A DNA stretch of 32,000 nt, from NCBI RefSeq assembly GCF_001457595.1, contig NZ_LN831039.1:570001-602000 (forward strand), written 5' to 3'. Under the pieces are notes generated by a model. The model saw only the letters and a list, made by a program, of their open reading frames with translations. It did no database searches and was not told the origin of the DNA. Position 1 is the stretch's first letter, and each line of letters begins with the position of its first letter. Origin of the DNA: Mycolicibacterium smegmatis. Lineage in GTDB: Bacteria; Actinomycetota; Actinomycetes; Mycobacteriales; Mycobacteriaceae. Below, piece by piece: positions 17,579 to 25,511 of the stretch. Made by a program: the position numbers and the translations under genes.

Positions 17579-18280
17579 TCAGGCCGTCATGAGGTACTCG
17601 GCACGTCCGACGAAGACGATGCCCGAAGGCTTCGGCGCCGTTGCCGCGTGCACGACCGCCGAAGCGAACTCGGCTTCGGGCTCCCTGCGCTGCCACAGGT
17701 CGGCGATCGTCATCTCGTCGAGCATGGCGCCGGACACCACGGTGAAATGCACACCGTGGCGGTCGAACTCGGGCCGCATCGCATACAGCGCGGTCTCGCC
17801 TGCACGCTTGCTCGCCGCGATCGGGCCGTACCCCTTGGGCACCGCCTTGTGCGGAAAGAAATGCGCCTGATGGCTGGTGACGAACACGATGTGACCACCG
17901 GCGGGCATCAACGGCAACGCGAGACGGGCCAGCCGGCGCTGCGCATCGCGGTTGAGGCGCATGGCATGCCTCGGGTCGAGACCGACGCGGGGACCGCCGA
18001 GCGCGGTGAGAACCAGGGCGTCGAGCCGGCCGAACCGGCGACCGATGTCGTCGATCATCGCGGCCGTCGATGCCTCGTCGGCGATGTCGGCGCGGATCGT
18101 GGACGCCTGGCCGCCCGCGGCGCGGATGGTCTCAGCGATGCCTTCGGCGCGCTCGGCGTTGGCGCGGTAGTTGACGATGGAATGGGTACCGGAGGCAGCG
18201 AGCCGATGTGCGACCTCGGCGCCGATGCCCCGCGAGGCTCCGGTTATCAGGGCGACCCGTGCGGTGGTGTCCTGCTGCAT
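17579..18280 (-). CDS. SDR-family oxidoreductase (short, 233 aa)
   Basis: ALITGASRGIGAEVA cofactor motif and a Rossmann pattern throughout. Confidence 0.85.
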   Translation of the reverse strand: MQQDTTARVALITGASRGIGAEVAHRLAASGTHSIVNYRANAERAEGIAETIRAAGGQASTIRADIADEASTAAMIDDIGRRFGRLDALVLTALGGPRVGLDPRHAMRLNRDAQRRLARLALPLMPAGGHIVFVTSHQAHFFPHKAVPKGYGPIAASKRAGETALYAMRPEFDRHGVHFTVVSGAMLDEMTIADLWQRREPEAEFASAVVHAATAPKPSGIVFVGRAEYLMTA

Positions 18281-18427
18281 ATCGGGTTCCTTCCGTCACT
18301 GCCGATGCGGCCGTCGATCATGACCGCCATGAACGTCAATCGTACGCCTCTAATAAGAAAAATAAGAGTAACTTAAGGTCACGATAAGGCAAAGGAAGGT
18401 GCCCGGCCGGAGCTTTTCGCGTCGAAA

Positions 18428-18474
18428 CTGTTGTTATCGGGCGTTCTTCTCGAGATTTCGCTCGATAACAACAG
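18428..18474 (-). terminator. Hairpin downstream of the acyl-CoA dehydrogenase gene
   Basis: CTGTTGTTATCG ... CGATAACAACAG is a perfect 12-bp stem with a 23-nt loop that contains the palindrome TCTCGAGA. On the minus strand it is followed by TTTC. It begins 29 nt after the stop at 18503. Confidence 0.3.
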
Positions 18475-18502
18475 CCTCGCGAACGGATCGGATCTGCCGG
18501 CG

Positions 18503-19714
18503 CTACCGGATCGCGAGCCCGGTCAGGGCCCGGGAGATCACCAGTCGCTGGATCTCGCTGGTGCCCTCGAAGATCGTGAAGATCTTGGCGTCGCGGTGCA
18601 TGCGCTCCACCGGGTAGTCGCGGGTGTAGCCGTTGCCGCCCAGGATCTGGATGGCCTCGTCGGTGACGTACACCGCGGTCTCGCTGGCCACGAGCTTGGC
18701 CATCGACCCCTCGGCGGAGTCGAACTGCTGGTTGTTGCGCGCCATCCACCCGGCCCGCCACACCAGCAGGCGCGCGGCGTCGATGCGGCTCTTCATGTCC
18801 GCGAGTTTGAATGCCACGGCCTGGAACTCACCGATCTTGCGGCCGAACTGCTCCCGCTGGCACGCGTAATCCAGCGCGTACTCGTAGGCCGCGCGCGCAA
18901 CACCGACCGCCATCGCCCCGACCGTCGGTCGGGTGCGTTCGAACGTCTTCATCGCGGCGTGGCCGCCGGCTGATGCGCCGGACTTCACCCGCGCGATCCG
19001 CTCCTCGAACTTCTCCCGGCCGCCGAGGATCATGTCCTCGGGCAGGCGGACGTTGTCGAGGACCACCTCGGCGGTGTGGGAGGCGCGGATGCCGTGCTTC
19101 TTGAACTTCTGTCCCTGGACCAGGCCGTGGGTGCCCGGCGGGACGATGAAGGTCGCCTGGCCGCGCGAGCCCAGCTCGGGGTACACCGACGCCACCACGA
19201 TGTGCACGTTGGCGATGCCGCCGTTGGTGGCCCAGGTCTTGGTGCCGTTGAGCACCCATTCGCGCGTGGCCTCGTCGAAGCGCGCGCGTGTGCGGATGGC
19301 GCCGACGTCGGACCCCGCATCCGGCTCCGAGGAACAGAACGCCCCGAGCTTCGGCTCGTCGGCCGTGCCGAACATCTCGGGGAGCCACTGGCCCAGCTGC
19401 TCGGGGGTGCCGTTGCCGGCCAGGGCCGCGGCCGCCAGACCCGTTCCCAGAATCGACAGCGCGATGCCTGCGTCGCCCCAGAACAGCTCCTCGAACACCG
19501 TGAGCATGCCGATGCCGGTGGGCTCGGCGGCCTGCTGGGCGAACAGCTCGGGGGAGTAGAGCCCGACCTTGGCCGCCTCCTGGATCACCGGCCACGGCGT
19601 CTCTTCCCGCTCATCCCATTCGGCCGCCGCAGGGCGCACGACCTCCGCGGCGAACTGGTGCACCCAGTCGCGCACCTCGATCACGTCGTCGCTCAGCTGA
19701 AGTGAGAACGTCAC
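18503..19714 (-). CDS. Acyl-CoA dehydrogenase (FadE-type)
   Basis: Motifs typical of ACADs: [17 protein letters not shown], and C-terminal [35 protein letters not shown] prefer the GTG at 19714, 8 nt after AGGAG. The GTG at 19723 overlaps the RBS. Confidence 0.92.
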   Translation of the reverse strand: MTFSLQLSDDVIEVRDWVHQFAAEVVRPAAAEWDEREETPWPVIQEAAKVGLYSPELFAQQAAEPTGIGMLTVFEELFWGDAGIALSILGTGLAAAALAGNGTPEQLGQWLPEMFGTADEPKLGAFCSSEPDAGSDVGAIRTRARFDEATREWVLNGTKTWATNGGIANVHIVVASVYPELGSRGQATFIVPPGTHGLVQGQKFKKHGIRASHTAEVVLDNVRLPEDMILGGREKFEERIARVKSGASAGGHAAMKTFERTRPTVGAMAVGVARAAYEYALDYACQREQFGRKIGEFQAVAFKLADMKSRIDAARLLVWRAGWMARNNQQFDSAEGSMAKLVASETAVYVTDEAIQILGGNGYTRDYPVERMHRDAKIFTIFEGTSEIQRLVISRALTGLAIR

Positions 19715-19742
19715 AGTATGCACTCCTGAAATCGGTTGTTGG

Positions 19743-20360
19743 TCAACGGTTGTCGGTCTGGTTGTCGGTCCGGTGCTGCTCGATGGCGGCGACGGTCTGG
19801 GCGACCCAGGCCTCGAAGAAACGGTCGTGGTCGACGTTGCCGGGGGTGCGTCCGTTCAGTGCGTGCAACGTGGCGACGTACGACAGCGACGCGATCGCCA
19901 CGGCGGCGGTGGCCTCCGGGTCGGGGATTTCGGTGCGGCCGGCGCGGTTGGATGCGGCCAGTTCGTCGGCAAAGCGTTGGTAGGCGTTGTCGGTGATCAC
20001 CTGCCAGGTCTTCTCGTCGAGGTCACCGAGTTCGTCGGGTTCACGCAGCATCACCCTCAGCAACTCTTCGCTCTGCGTCAGGTTCGTCCAGATCAGCTGA
20101 CCCGCGCTGCGGACCGCGTCTTCGACGGTGCGCGGTTTCTCGGCGTCGTACTGCTCGCGCGCGGCCACGATGTTGTCGATGCGGTGCGTGATCGCGGCCT
20201 CCAGCAACTCGCGCTTGGAGCCGAAGTGCTTGTAGAGCGCACCCGATCCGGGGGCGAGGCCGGCCTGCTGCTGAATCTCGGCGACCGACGTCGCCGCATA
20301 GCCCTTCGCGGCGAACAGCTTCAACGCGGCGGCCATGAGACGGTCGCGGGCGGCGGACAT
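19743..20360 (-). CDS. TetR-family transcriptional regulator
   Basis: [41 protein letters not shown] prefer ATG 20360 because a 22-bp palindrome and a TANNNT hexamer lie immediately upstream. GTG 20381 is the alternative. Confidence 0.9.
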   Translation of the reverse strand: MSAARDRLMAAALKLFAAKGYAATSVAEIQQQAGLAPGSGALYKHFGSKRELLEAAITHRIDNIVAAREQYDAEKPRTVEDAVRSAGQLIWTNLTQSEELLRVMLREPDELGDLDEKTWQVITDNAYQRFADELAASNRAGRTEIPDPEATAAVAIASLSYVATLHALNGRTPGNVDHDRFFEAWVAQTVAAIEQHRTDNQTDNR

Positions 20361-20382
20361 GGTGAGAGAGTACTCACTCACC
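20361..20382. promoter_or_regulatory. 22-bp near-perfect palindrome (candidate TetR operator) abutting the tetR ATG
   Basis: GGTGAGAGAGTACTCACTCACC pairs at 10 of 11 positions. On the minus strand TACTCT (TANNNT) lies at -12..-7 relative to ATG 20360. Confidence 0.5.
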
Positions 20383-20424
20383 TCGGCGCGGCAATAACCG
20401 CCCCCGCAGCGGGCAGGCGGACGA

Positions 20425-20964
20425 TCAGACCACGCGCGAATCAGAATGCGCGTGTGAACTGAGGTGCGCGACGATGTCGGCGCGCAGTTGGTCCATGCTC
20501 AGGCACGGATCGACCTTGCCGGTGTCCCACTCCTGGTGGCCGAGCACGTGCGAGGCGGACCGGTTGATGTGCCGCAGGATCGCTGCGCAGCAGCGGACGT
20601 AACTCAGGTACTGCTCCCGGGGGTACTTCTGACGGCGTCTCATTTCTGCGTGGATCCCGATGGTGCGGGTGTCGACGTCGTCGCGCGGCAGGTCGGGGTG
20701 ATAGCCGGGGCCGGCATGATGGGCCACCCCCGCGGCCACCACCGCGACGGTGCCGTCGCGTCGTATCAGCACGTTCGACAACGGGCCTGGTCGCTCCCCG
20801 GTGCCCAGTGCGATGGCGTCCGTGGCGATGTCGTCACCTGCGGTGTTGTGGCACATGATGCCCCAGATGTCGTCGAAGTCGCCGTCACCGTTCGCGCGCC
20901 AGCCGTCGATCTCGTCGACGTCGAGTCCTTCGGCGCGAAGGGCGTCGGCAAGCCAGACCATCAT
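20425..20964 (-). CDS. N-acetylmuramoyl-L-alanine amidase, Amidase_2/PGRP type, no signal peptide
   Basis: CHNTAG ... PGPLSNVLIRRDGTVAVVAAGVAHHAG ... IGIH ... VLGHQEWDTGKVDPC follows the His/His/Cys zinc-site layout of T7-lysozyme or mycobacteriophage LysA-type amidases. GGGGAG RBS lies before the ATG. Confidence 0.75.
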   Translation of the reverse strand: MMVWLADALRAEGLDVDEIDGWRANGDGDFDDIWGIMCHNTAGDDIATDAIALGTGERPGPLSNVLIRRDGTVAVVAAGVAHHAGPGYHPDLPRDDVDTRTIGIHAEMRRRQKYPREQYLSYVRCCAAILRHINRSASHVLGHQEWDTGKVDPCLSMDQLRADIVAHLSSHAHSDSRVV

Positions 20965-21074
20965 TGTGAGCTCCCCGGAGCGAGTTCCACGAGGCCGCGT
21001 GGGACAGCGGCGACTTCATGCTCGCGGTGCGCGCCTTGAGCGGGCGTGAGTAGTGAGGTACCCGATTCGTCGGG

Positions 21075-22328
21075 TCACACCCTGGCCGTGACGGTCCTGG
21101 GCTCGAGGTGCTTGGACCAGCCCGATGCGCACAGTGCCGTGCATGCGGCCGCCAGCAGTCCGACGACGGTCAACATTGCCGGGTAGCTGAAGAAGCGGGC
21201 CAGCGCGGCGAGGATCGCGGGCAGGAGGAACCCGGCGTAGGCCAACGAGTAGTACACACCCGAGATGCCGGCGAGTTCGTCGGGTTCGGCGATGCGCTGG
21301 ACCTCCAACAGCCCTGAGACGATGGCGATGCCGTATGCGCAGCCGAGCAGCATCGCCACCACCACCGCCATACCGATGGACCTCGTGACAGCGGTGGCCA
21401 CCGCGGCGAAGACACCGAGGGCCATGAGAACCATCGAGACCACGACCGCTCGGGCACTCGAGTGGTCATCGAGGCGCCGTGCGATCGGCTGGACCGCGAC
21501 GCCGCATCCGAGGGTCAACACGGTCAGGCCCGCGGTGTACAGCAGGGCCCAGTGCCCGAGCCGGTCGGCGACGAGCGCGGGCACGATCGCGTAGGCGATC
21601 GCCGCCGAACCGAAGATCCAGGGCGCCATCGGCATGACGACGCGGACGAAGCGCCGGTGCGCGGCCGCGGGGACACGCAGTCCCTCGATGACACCGACAG
21701 ATGGCGTGCCGGAACGTGTTTCGATGGTGCGGTGCCGGATGGCCCACAGTGCGGGCAGGCACAGCCCGGCATGCACCAGGTAGGTCAACACCAGGGGGAG
21801 CGGGGCGTATTCGGTGAGCAGTCCTGCGCACAGCGGGCCCACGCCGAGACCGAGCGACAGGCAGATCGAGGCGCGTCGCGCGCCGCTTCCGGGCGCCGCG
21901 TCGTCGAACGGAGCTCTCGACAACTCGGTGATCCAGGCCGAGCCGACGGCCATCGCGATGCCAACCGCCGCACCACTGAGCAGACGGCCGGCGAAAAGCG
22001 CTGAGAATCCCCAGTATTCACCGATGGCGAGAATCACGCTGCCGAGCGCGGAACTCGCCACACCGAGTGCCATCACCGGACGCCTGCCGTAGCGGTCGGA
22101 CAGGGTCGAGGCCACCAGCAGGCCGGGGATGAGGCCCAGGACGTAGGCGCCGAGCAGCACGTCGACGTCGACCCGGGTGTAGCCGGAGTGCTGTGTGTAC
22201 GCGATGAGCAGCGGGGTGAACTGATTGCCGCCCCAACCGATGCAGAAGGCGGCCGCTGCCACCGCGACCCATGGGCGGAGCCGATGTGATCTGTGCTGTG
22301 TTTCGGATGGTGTTGCTGTGGCGGTCAT
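21075..22328 (-). CDS. MFS transporter (12 TM)
   Basis: Hydrophobic 417-aa protein with an MFS loop motif (SDRYGRRPVM). The ATG overlaps the stop of the upstream GntR gene (ATGA at 22325-22328). Confidence 0.85.
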   Translation of the reverse strand: MTATATPSETQHRSHRLRPWVAVAAAAFCIGWGGNQFTPLLIAYTQHSGYTRVDVDVLLGAYVLGLIPGLLVASTLSDRYGRRPVMALGVASSALGSVILAIGEYWGFSALFAGRLLSGAAVGIAMAVGSAWITELSRAPFDDAAPGSGARRASICLSLGLGVGPLCAGLLTEYAPLPLVLTYLVHAGLCLPALWAIRHRTIETRSGTPSVGVIEGLRVPAAAHRRFVRVVMPMAPWIFGSAAIAYAIVPALVADRLGHWALLYTAGLTVLTLGCGVAVQPIARRLDDHSSARAVVVSMVLMALGVFAAVATAVTRSIGMAVVVAMLLGCAYGIAIVSGLLEVQRIAEPDELAGISGVYYSLAYAGFLLPAILAALARFFSYPAMLTVVGLLAAACTALCASGWSKHLEPRTVTARV

Positions 22329-22963
22329 TTCAAGGTAACCCGATAGGTCGCTTCCAGATGTGAGAGCAGGGCGGACTCGAACTCCTCGACATCGCGGCGC
22401 TCGATGGCCTCCGCGAGGCGGGCGTGTTCACCGATGAGGGCGGCAAGGCGGGCGCTGTCGGAGCGGGCGGCGTCGGCCATCATGCGTCGCTGCCGGTCGC
22501 TGAGCGATCCGTAGAACCGTTGGCCGATGGGGTTTCCCGCGACCTCGACGATGCGGCGGTGAAACGTGTCGTCGGCCACGGCGAACGCGTGGGCGTCGTT
22601 CGTCTCGGCGAGACGACGCTGCTGGTCGACGAGATCGTTGAGTTCGGTGAACAGCGAGTCGACGACGTCAGGGGTGCGGCACAACCGGCGTACGGCGGCG
22701 GTCTTGAGCGCCAGGCGCATCTCCAGGAGGTCGGTGCCCTCTTGCGGCGGGACGGGTACCACGACGGCGCCGCGTCGCGGCAGAAGTTCGAGCAGATCTT
22801 CGGCCGCCAACCGCAGGAATGCCTCGTGGACGGGGGTGCGGCTCAGGCCTAGTTCGCCTGCGACCTCGACCTCACTGAGCAGTTGGCCACCGCGGATGCC
22901 GCCGGACAGGATGCGGTCCTTGGTGGCCTGGTACGCGCGTTGACTGTTGCTGGTCGTGTCCAC
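22325..22963 (-). CDS. GntR-family regulator, FadR/FCD subfamily
   Basis: Winged HTH LLSEVEVAGELGLSRTPVHEAFLRLAAEDLLE plus a helical FCD-type C-terminal domain. I chose GTG 22963. The track start TTG 23005 would place the first 9 codons inside a perfect 14-bp inverted repeat. Confidence 0.85.
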   Translation of the reverse strand: MDTTSNSQRAYQATKDRILSGGIRGGQLLSEVEVAGELGLSRTPVHEAFLRLAAEDLLELLPRRGAVVVPVPPQEGTDLLEMRLALKTAAVRRLCRTPDVVDSLFTELNDLVDQQRRLAETNDAHAFAVADDTFHRRIVEVAGNPIGQRFYGSLSDRQRRMMADAARSDSARLAALIGEHARLAEAIERRDVEEFESALLSHLEATYRVTLK

Positions 22964-22978
22964 GTCGACCAGCGTAGC

Positions 22979-23010
22979 GCGCCTTGCATGCAAGTATGCA
23001 TGCAAGGCGC
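22979..23010. promoter_or_regulatory. Perfect 14-bp inverted repeat with a 4-nt spacer, between the DJ-1 stop and the gntR start
   Basis: GCGCCTTGCATGCA-AGTA-TGCATGCAAGGCGC. It could be a GntR operator, a terminator or insulator hairpin for the DJ-1 gene, or both. Confidence 0.45.
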
Positions 23011-23021
23011 TGTGGTGTCGG

Positions 23022-23588
23022 TTACTGCTGTGCCTGAGCCTGGGGTTGCTTGGCCAGGGCGTCGATCAGCGCCTTGTTGAAGGCCGGGATGTCCTTCGGG
23101 GAACGGCTGGTGATCAGGTTGCCGTCGACCACGACCTCCTCGTCCAGCACCGTGGCGCCGGCATTGCGCAGATCGGTGCGCAGGCTCGCGTAGGAGGTGA
23201 GGGTGCGGCCTTTGGCGACTCCGGCCTCGATGAGTGTCCACGGGCCGTGGCAGATCACCGCGACCGGACGGCCGGAGGTCACGAAGTCGTGGACGAACGC
23301 GACGGCCTTCGCATCAGACCGGAGCTTGTCGGCGTTCACGGTGCCCCCGGGGACCACCAGGGCGTCGAACTCGTCACCCTTGGCCTCGCTCACCAGGCGG
23401 TCGACGGTGTAGGTGCCCGCCGGTTCCAGGTCGTGGTCGCGGGCGTCGATCGAGCCGGTCTGCAGCGACAGCAACTCGGTGCGGGCACCGGCCTGTTCGA
23501 GCGCTTCACGCGGTTCGACCAGCTCGCGGCGTTCGACTCCGTCGGTGGCCAGGATGGCAACCTTCTTGCCGTCGAGTGCGTGGGTCAT
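23022..23588 (-). CDS. DJ-1/PfpI-family protein (class I glutamine amidotransferase-like; YhbO / general stress protein type)
   Basis: KKVAILATDGVE, nucleophile elbow VAVICHGPW, and VVVDGNLITSRSPKDIPAF. GGGAG RBS lies before ATG 23588. Confidence 0.88.
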   Translation of the reverse strand: MTHALDGKKVAILATDGVERRELVEPREALEQAGARTELLSLQTGSIDARDHDLEPAGTYTVDRLVSEAKGDEFDALVVPGGTVNADKLRSDAKAVAFVHDFVTSGRPVAVICHGPWTLIEAGVAKGRTLTSYASLRTDLRNAGATVLDEEVVVDGNLITSRSPKDIPAFNKALIDALAKQPQAQAQQ

Positions 23589-23659
23589 GGTGGGTCTCCC
23601 TCTGTGCGCGGAATGTAGGTCACCTGAGTGCCTACCCACTGCGAGGGATTCCTACCGGA

Positions 23660-24088
23660 TCAGAAGGGACTGCTGTTGGACTGGAACTTCGCGGACTCCG
23701 GACGCGGTCCGAAGCGGCGGATGTAGTCCTCGTGGATGTGGGCCTGCTTCTTGTACCGGATCTCGTCGACCAGGTTCGGATCGAGGCCGTGCTGCGCCAG
23801 GCGGTGTCGGCGCCACACCTTGTTGAGGGCCAGCGCCATGAGCAGCGACCAGATGTAGATGGGCACCGTCATCTCGATGTGCACGTACAACGACGCGGGC
23901 AAAAGCCAGAATGGGGCCAGTACCAGTGCCGGCGGGATCGCCATCCGGATCATGTGGCGGCGGACGGCGCCGTGATCGGCCAGGTCATGGGCGACCCACT
24001 CGCGCATCGAGTCCGGCAACCGCCTGCCGTACGAATACGCGATGTACTGAAGCAGATTGGGGCGATCTTTTTTCCGTTCGGCGGCCAT
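23660..24088 (-). CDS. Small two-TM membrane protein (resembles the actinobacterial DUF5313 family from memory)
   Basis: 142-aa ORF with a basic N-terminus, two hydrophobic helices (MAIPPALVLAPFWLLP, IYIWSLLMALAL) and a charged tail. It starts 15 bp after the MarR stop on the same strand. Confidence 0.7.
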   Translation of the reverse strand: MAAERKKDRPNLLQYIAYSYGRRLPDSMREWVAHDLADHGAVRRHMIRMAIPPALVLAPFWLLPASLYVHIEMTVPIYIWSLLMALALNKVWRRHRLAQHGLDPNLVDEIRYKKQAHIHEDYIRRFGPRPESAKFQSNSSPF

Positions 24089-24102
24089 GATGATCCTTGT
24101 GT

Positions 24103-24594
24103 TCAGTGGTTGACACCGTTCGCGGCCAGCGCGGCGGTGTTGACCCGGGTCAAGACCCGGTGCAGTTCTTCCAGTTCGGCCATGTCCACGCCCAGTCGCT
24201 CGACGACCTTGGGAGGGATCTCCAGCGCTCGTTGACGCAGCGCGATCCCGGCCTCGGTGAGCCGGATGTCTGTGGCGCGTTCATCACCGACGCTACGCGT
24301 GCGGGTGATCAGGCCGAGCGCCTCAAGACGCTTCAGCATCGGCGACAGCGTCGCCGAGTCCAGTTGCAGGGTCGCGGCGATCTGCTTCACCGACAGCGGA
24401 CCAACGCCGGCCGAGCTGATCTTGTGGTGGTCCCACAGCGCCAGCATGACCAGATATTGCGGGTGGGTGAGGCCCAGTGGCTCGAGCAGCGGCCGGTAGA
24501 TCGACAGCACGGCCCGGTTGGTCACCGCCAACGCGAAGCACACCTGCCGCTCGAGGGCGAGGGGATCGACGTCGACGCTTGAGGGTGAGGCCAC
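24103..24594 (-). CDS. MarR-family regulator, OhrR-like (1-Cys type)
   Basis: LERQVCFALAVTNRAV carries the single N-terminal Cys in the OhrR context, followed by the MarR wHTH (LSVKQIAATLQLDSATLSPMLKRLEALGLI). The GTG start has no RBS but has a TANNNT hexamer at -12..-7, so the transcript is probably leaderless. Confidence 0.88.
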   Translation of the reverse strand: MASPSSVDVDPLALERQVCFALAVTNRAVLSIYRPLLEPLGLTHPQYLVMLALWDHHKISSAGVGPLSVKQIAATLQLDSATLSPMLKRLEALGLITRTRSVGDERATDIRLTEAGIALRQRALEIPPKVVERLGVDMAELEELHRVLTRVNTAALAANGVNH

Positions 24595-24640
24595 AACTAA
24601 AACGTACGCTAATAGTTAGGGCGCTAACAATGTACGTATC
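24595..24640 (-). promoter_or_regulatory. AT-rich promoter/operator region of the OhrR-like marR gene (probably a leaderless transcript)
   Basis: On the minus strand TACGTT (TANNNT) sits at -12..-7 relative to the GTG start. The region holds the short palindromes CGTACG, CTAA-TAG-TTAG and TACGTA. There is no Shine-Dalgarno sequence. Confidence 0.3.
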
Positions 24641-24667
24641 GTCACATCGCCTGGCAGGCGGATGCGA

Positions 24668-25342
24668 TCAGTTCGCGCGCCGCGCGAGACGTTCGGTGTT
24701 GTCGATCAGGATGCTCTTGCCCTGCACGCGGATCCAGCCGCGCTGTGCGAAATCGGACAGCGCCTTGTTGACCGTCTCGCGGGACGAGCCGACCAGTTGG
24801 GCGATCTCCTCCTGGGTCAGCTCGTGGTCGACGCGCAGAGAGTTGCCCTCGCGCGTCCCGAAGCGTTGCGCGAGATGCAGCAGTTGTTTTGCGACGCGGC
24901 CTGGCACGTCGGTGAAGATGAGGTCGGACAGGTTGTCGTTGGTGCGCCGCAATCGCCGTGCCAGGACCCGCAGGAGTTGCTCGGCGATCTCGGGGCGGTC
25001 GGCGATCCAGTTCCGCAGCACCTTGCGGTGCATCATCACGGCCTGTACATCCGAGAGTGCGGTGACCGTCGAGGTCCGCGGACCGGGATCGAAGATCGCC
25101 AGCTCGCCGAACATGTCCGAGGGGCCCATCAGCGTGAGCAGGCTTTCGCGGCCGTCCACCGACTTGCGGCCGATCTTCACCTTCCCCGACGTGATGATGT
25201 ACAGCGTCTCGCCGGGCTCACCCTCGGTGAAGACCACCTGGCCCCGACTGAACGACACCGGTTCCAACTGCTGGGCAAGTGCGGCCACCGCGCTGGGTTG
25301 CACCCCCTGGAAGATGCCAGCGCGCGCCAGCACTTCGTCCAT
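24668..25342 (-). CDS. crp: Crp/Fnr-family cAMP receptor protein (Crp paralogue)
   Basis: cNMP-binding domain ([22 protein letters not shown] ... [17 protein letters not shown]) plus [33 protein letters not shown] chose ATG 25342 ([13 protein letters not shown]) rather than the longer track ORF. Confidence 0.93.
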   Translation of the reverse strand: MDEVLARAGIFQGVQPSAVAALAQQLEPVSFSRGQVVFTEGEPGETLYIITSGKVKIGRKSVDGRESLLTLMGPSDMFGELAIFDPGPRTSTVTALSDVQAVMMHRKVLRNWIADRPEIAEQLLRVLARRLRRTNDNLSDLIFTDVPGRVAKQLLHLAQRFGTREGNSLRVDHELTQEEIAQLVGSSRETVNKALSDFAQRGWIRVQGKSILIDNTERLARRAN

Positions 25343-25372
25343 ACTTCGACCCCTGTATCCCGTCGGCGATCT

Positions 25373-25388
25373 TGTTACGGCGTTCACA
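25373..25388. promoter_or_regulatory. Candidate CRP-binding site TGTTAcggcgtTCACA in the crp / paiB divergent intergenic region
   Basis: Matches the TGTGA-N6-TCACA consensus at 9 of 10 specified positions. It is centred about 38 bp upstream of the crp ATG. Confidence 0.45.
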
Positions 25389-25511
25389 CTACAAGAGGTG
25401 TGTGTCACATAAGGCCGGCCAAATTTCGCCTACAGGAAACGCACTGCTCGCGCCGGTTCTCCTACTCCTGCCGGTCTCGTTAGGCTCGGGGCGAGTGATG
25501 GAGTGTGTCCC

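Noticed and set aside
20965-21074. Possible cyclic-di-AMP (ydaO-type) riboswitch upstream of the amidase gene, as seen before some mycobacterial cell-wall hydrolase genes.
   Set aside because: The interval is only about 110 nt. It contains the MFS gene's 3' hairpin (CCCGA-TTCG-TCGGG), and I could not find the conserved ydaO core segments by eye. A covariance-model scan would be needed to revive the idea.
25397-25410. GTGTGTGTCACA run as a possible second CRP site.
   Set aside because: Only one half-site (TCACA) is present. The position 11 nt upstream reads AGAGG rather than TGTGA, and the TGTG and CACA elements here are only 3 nt apart.
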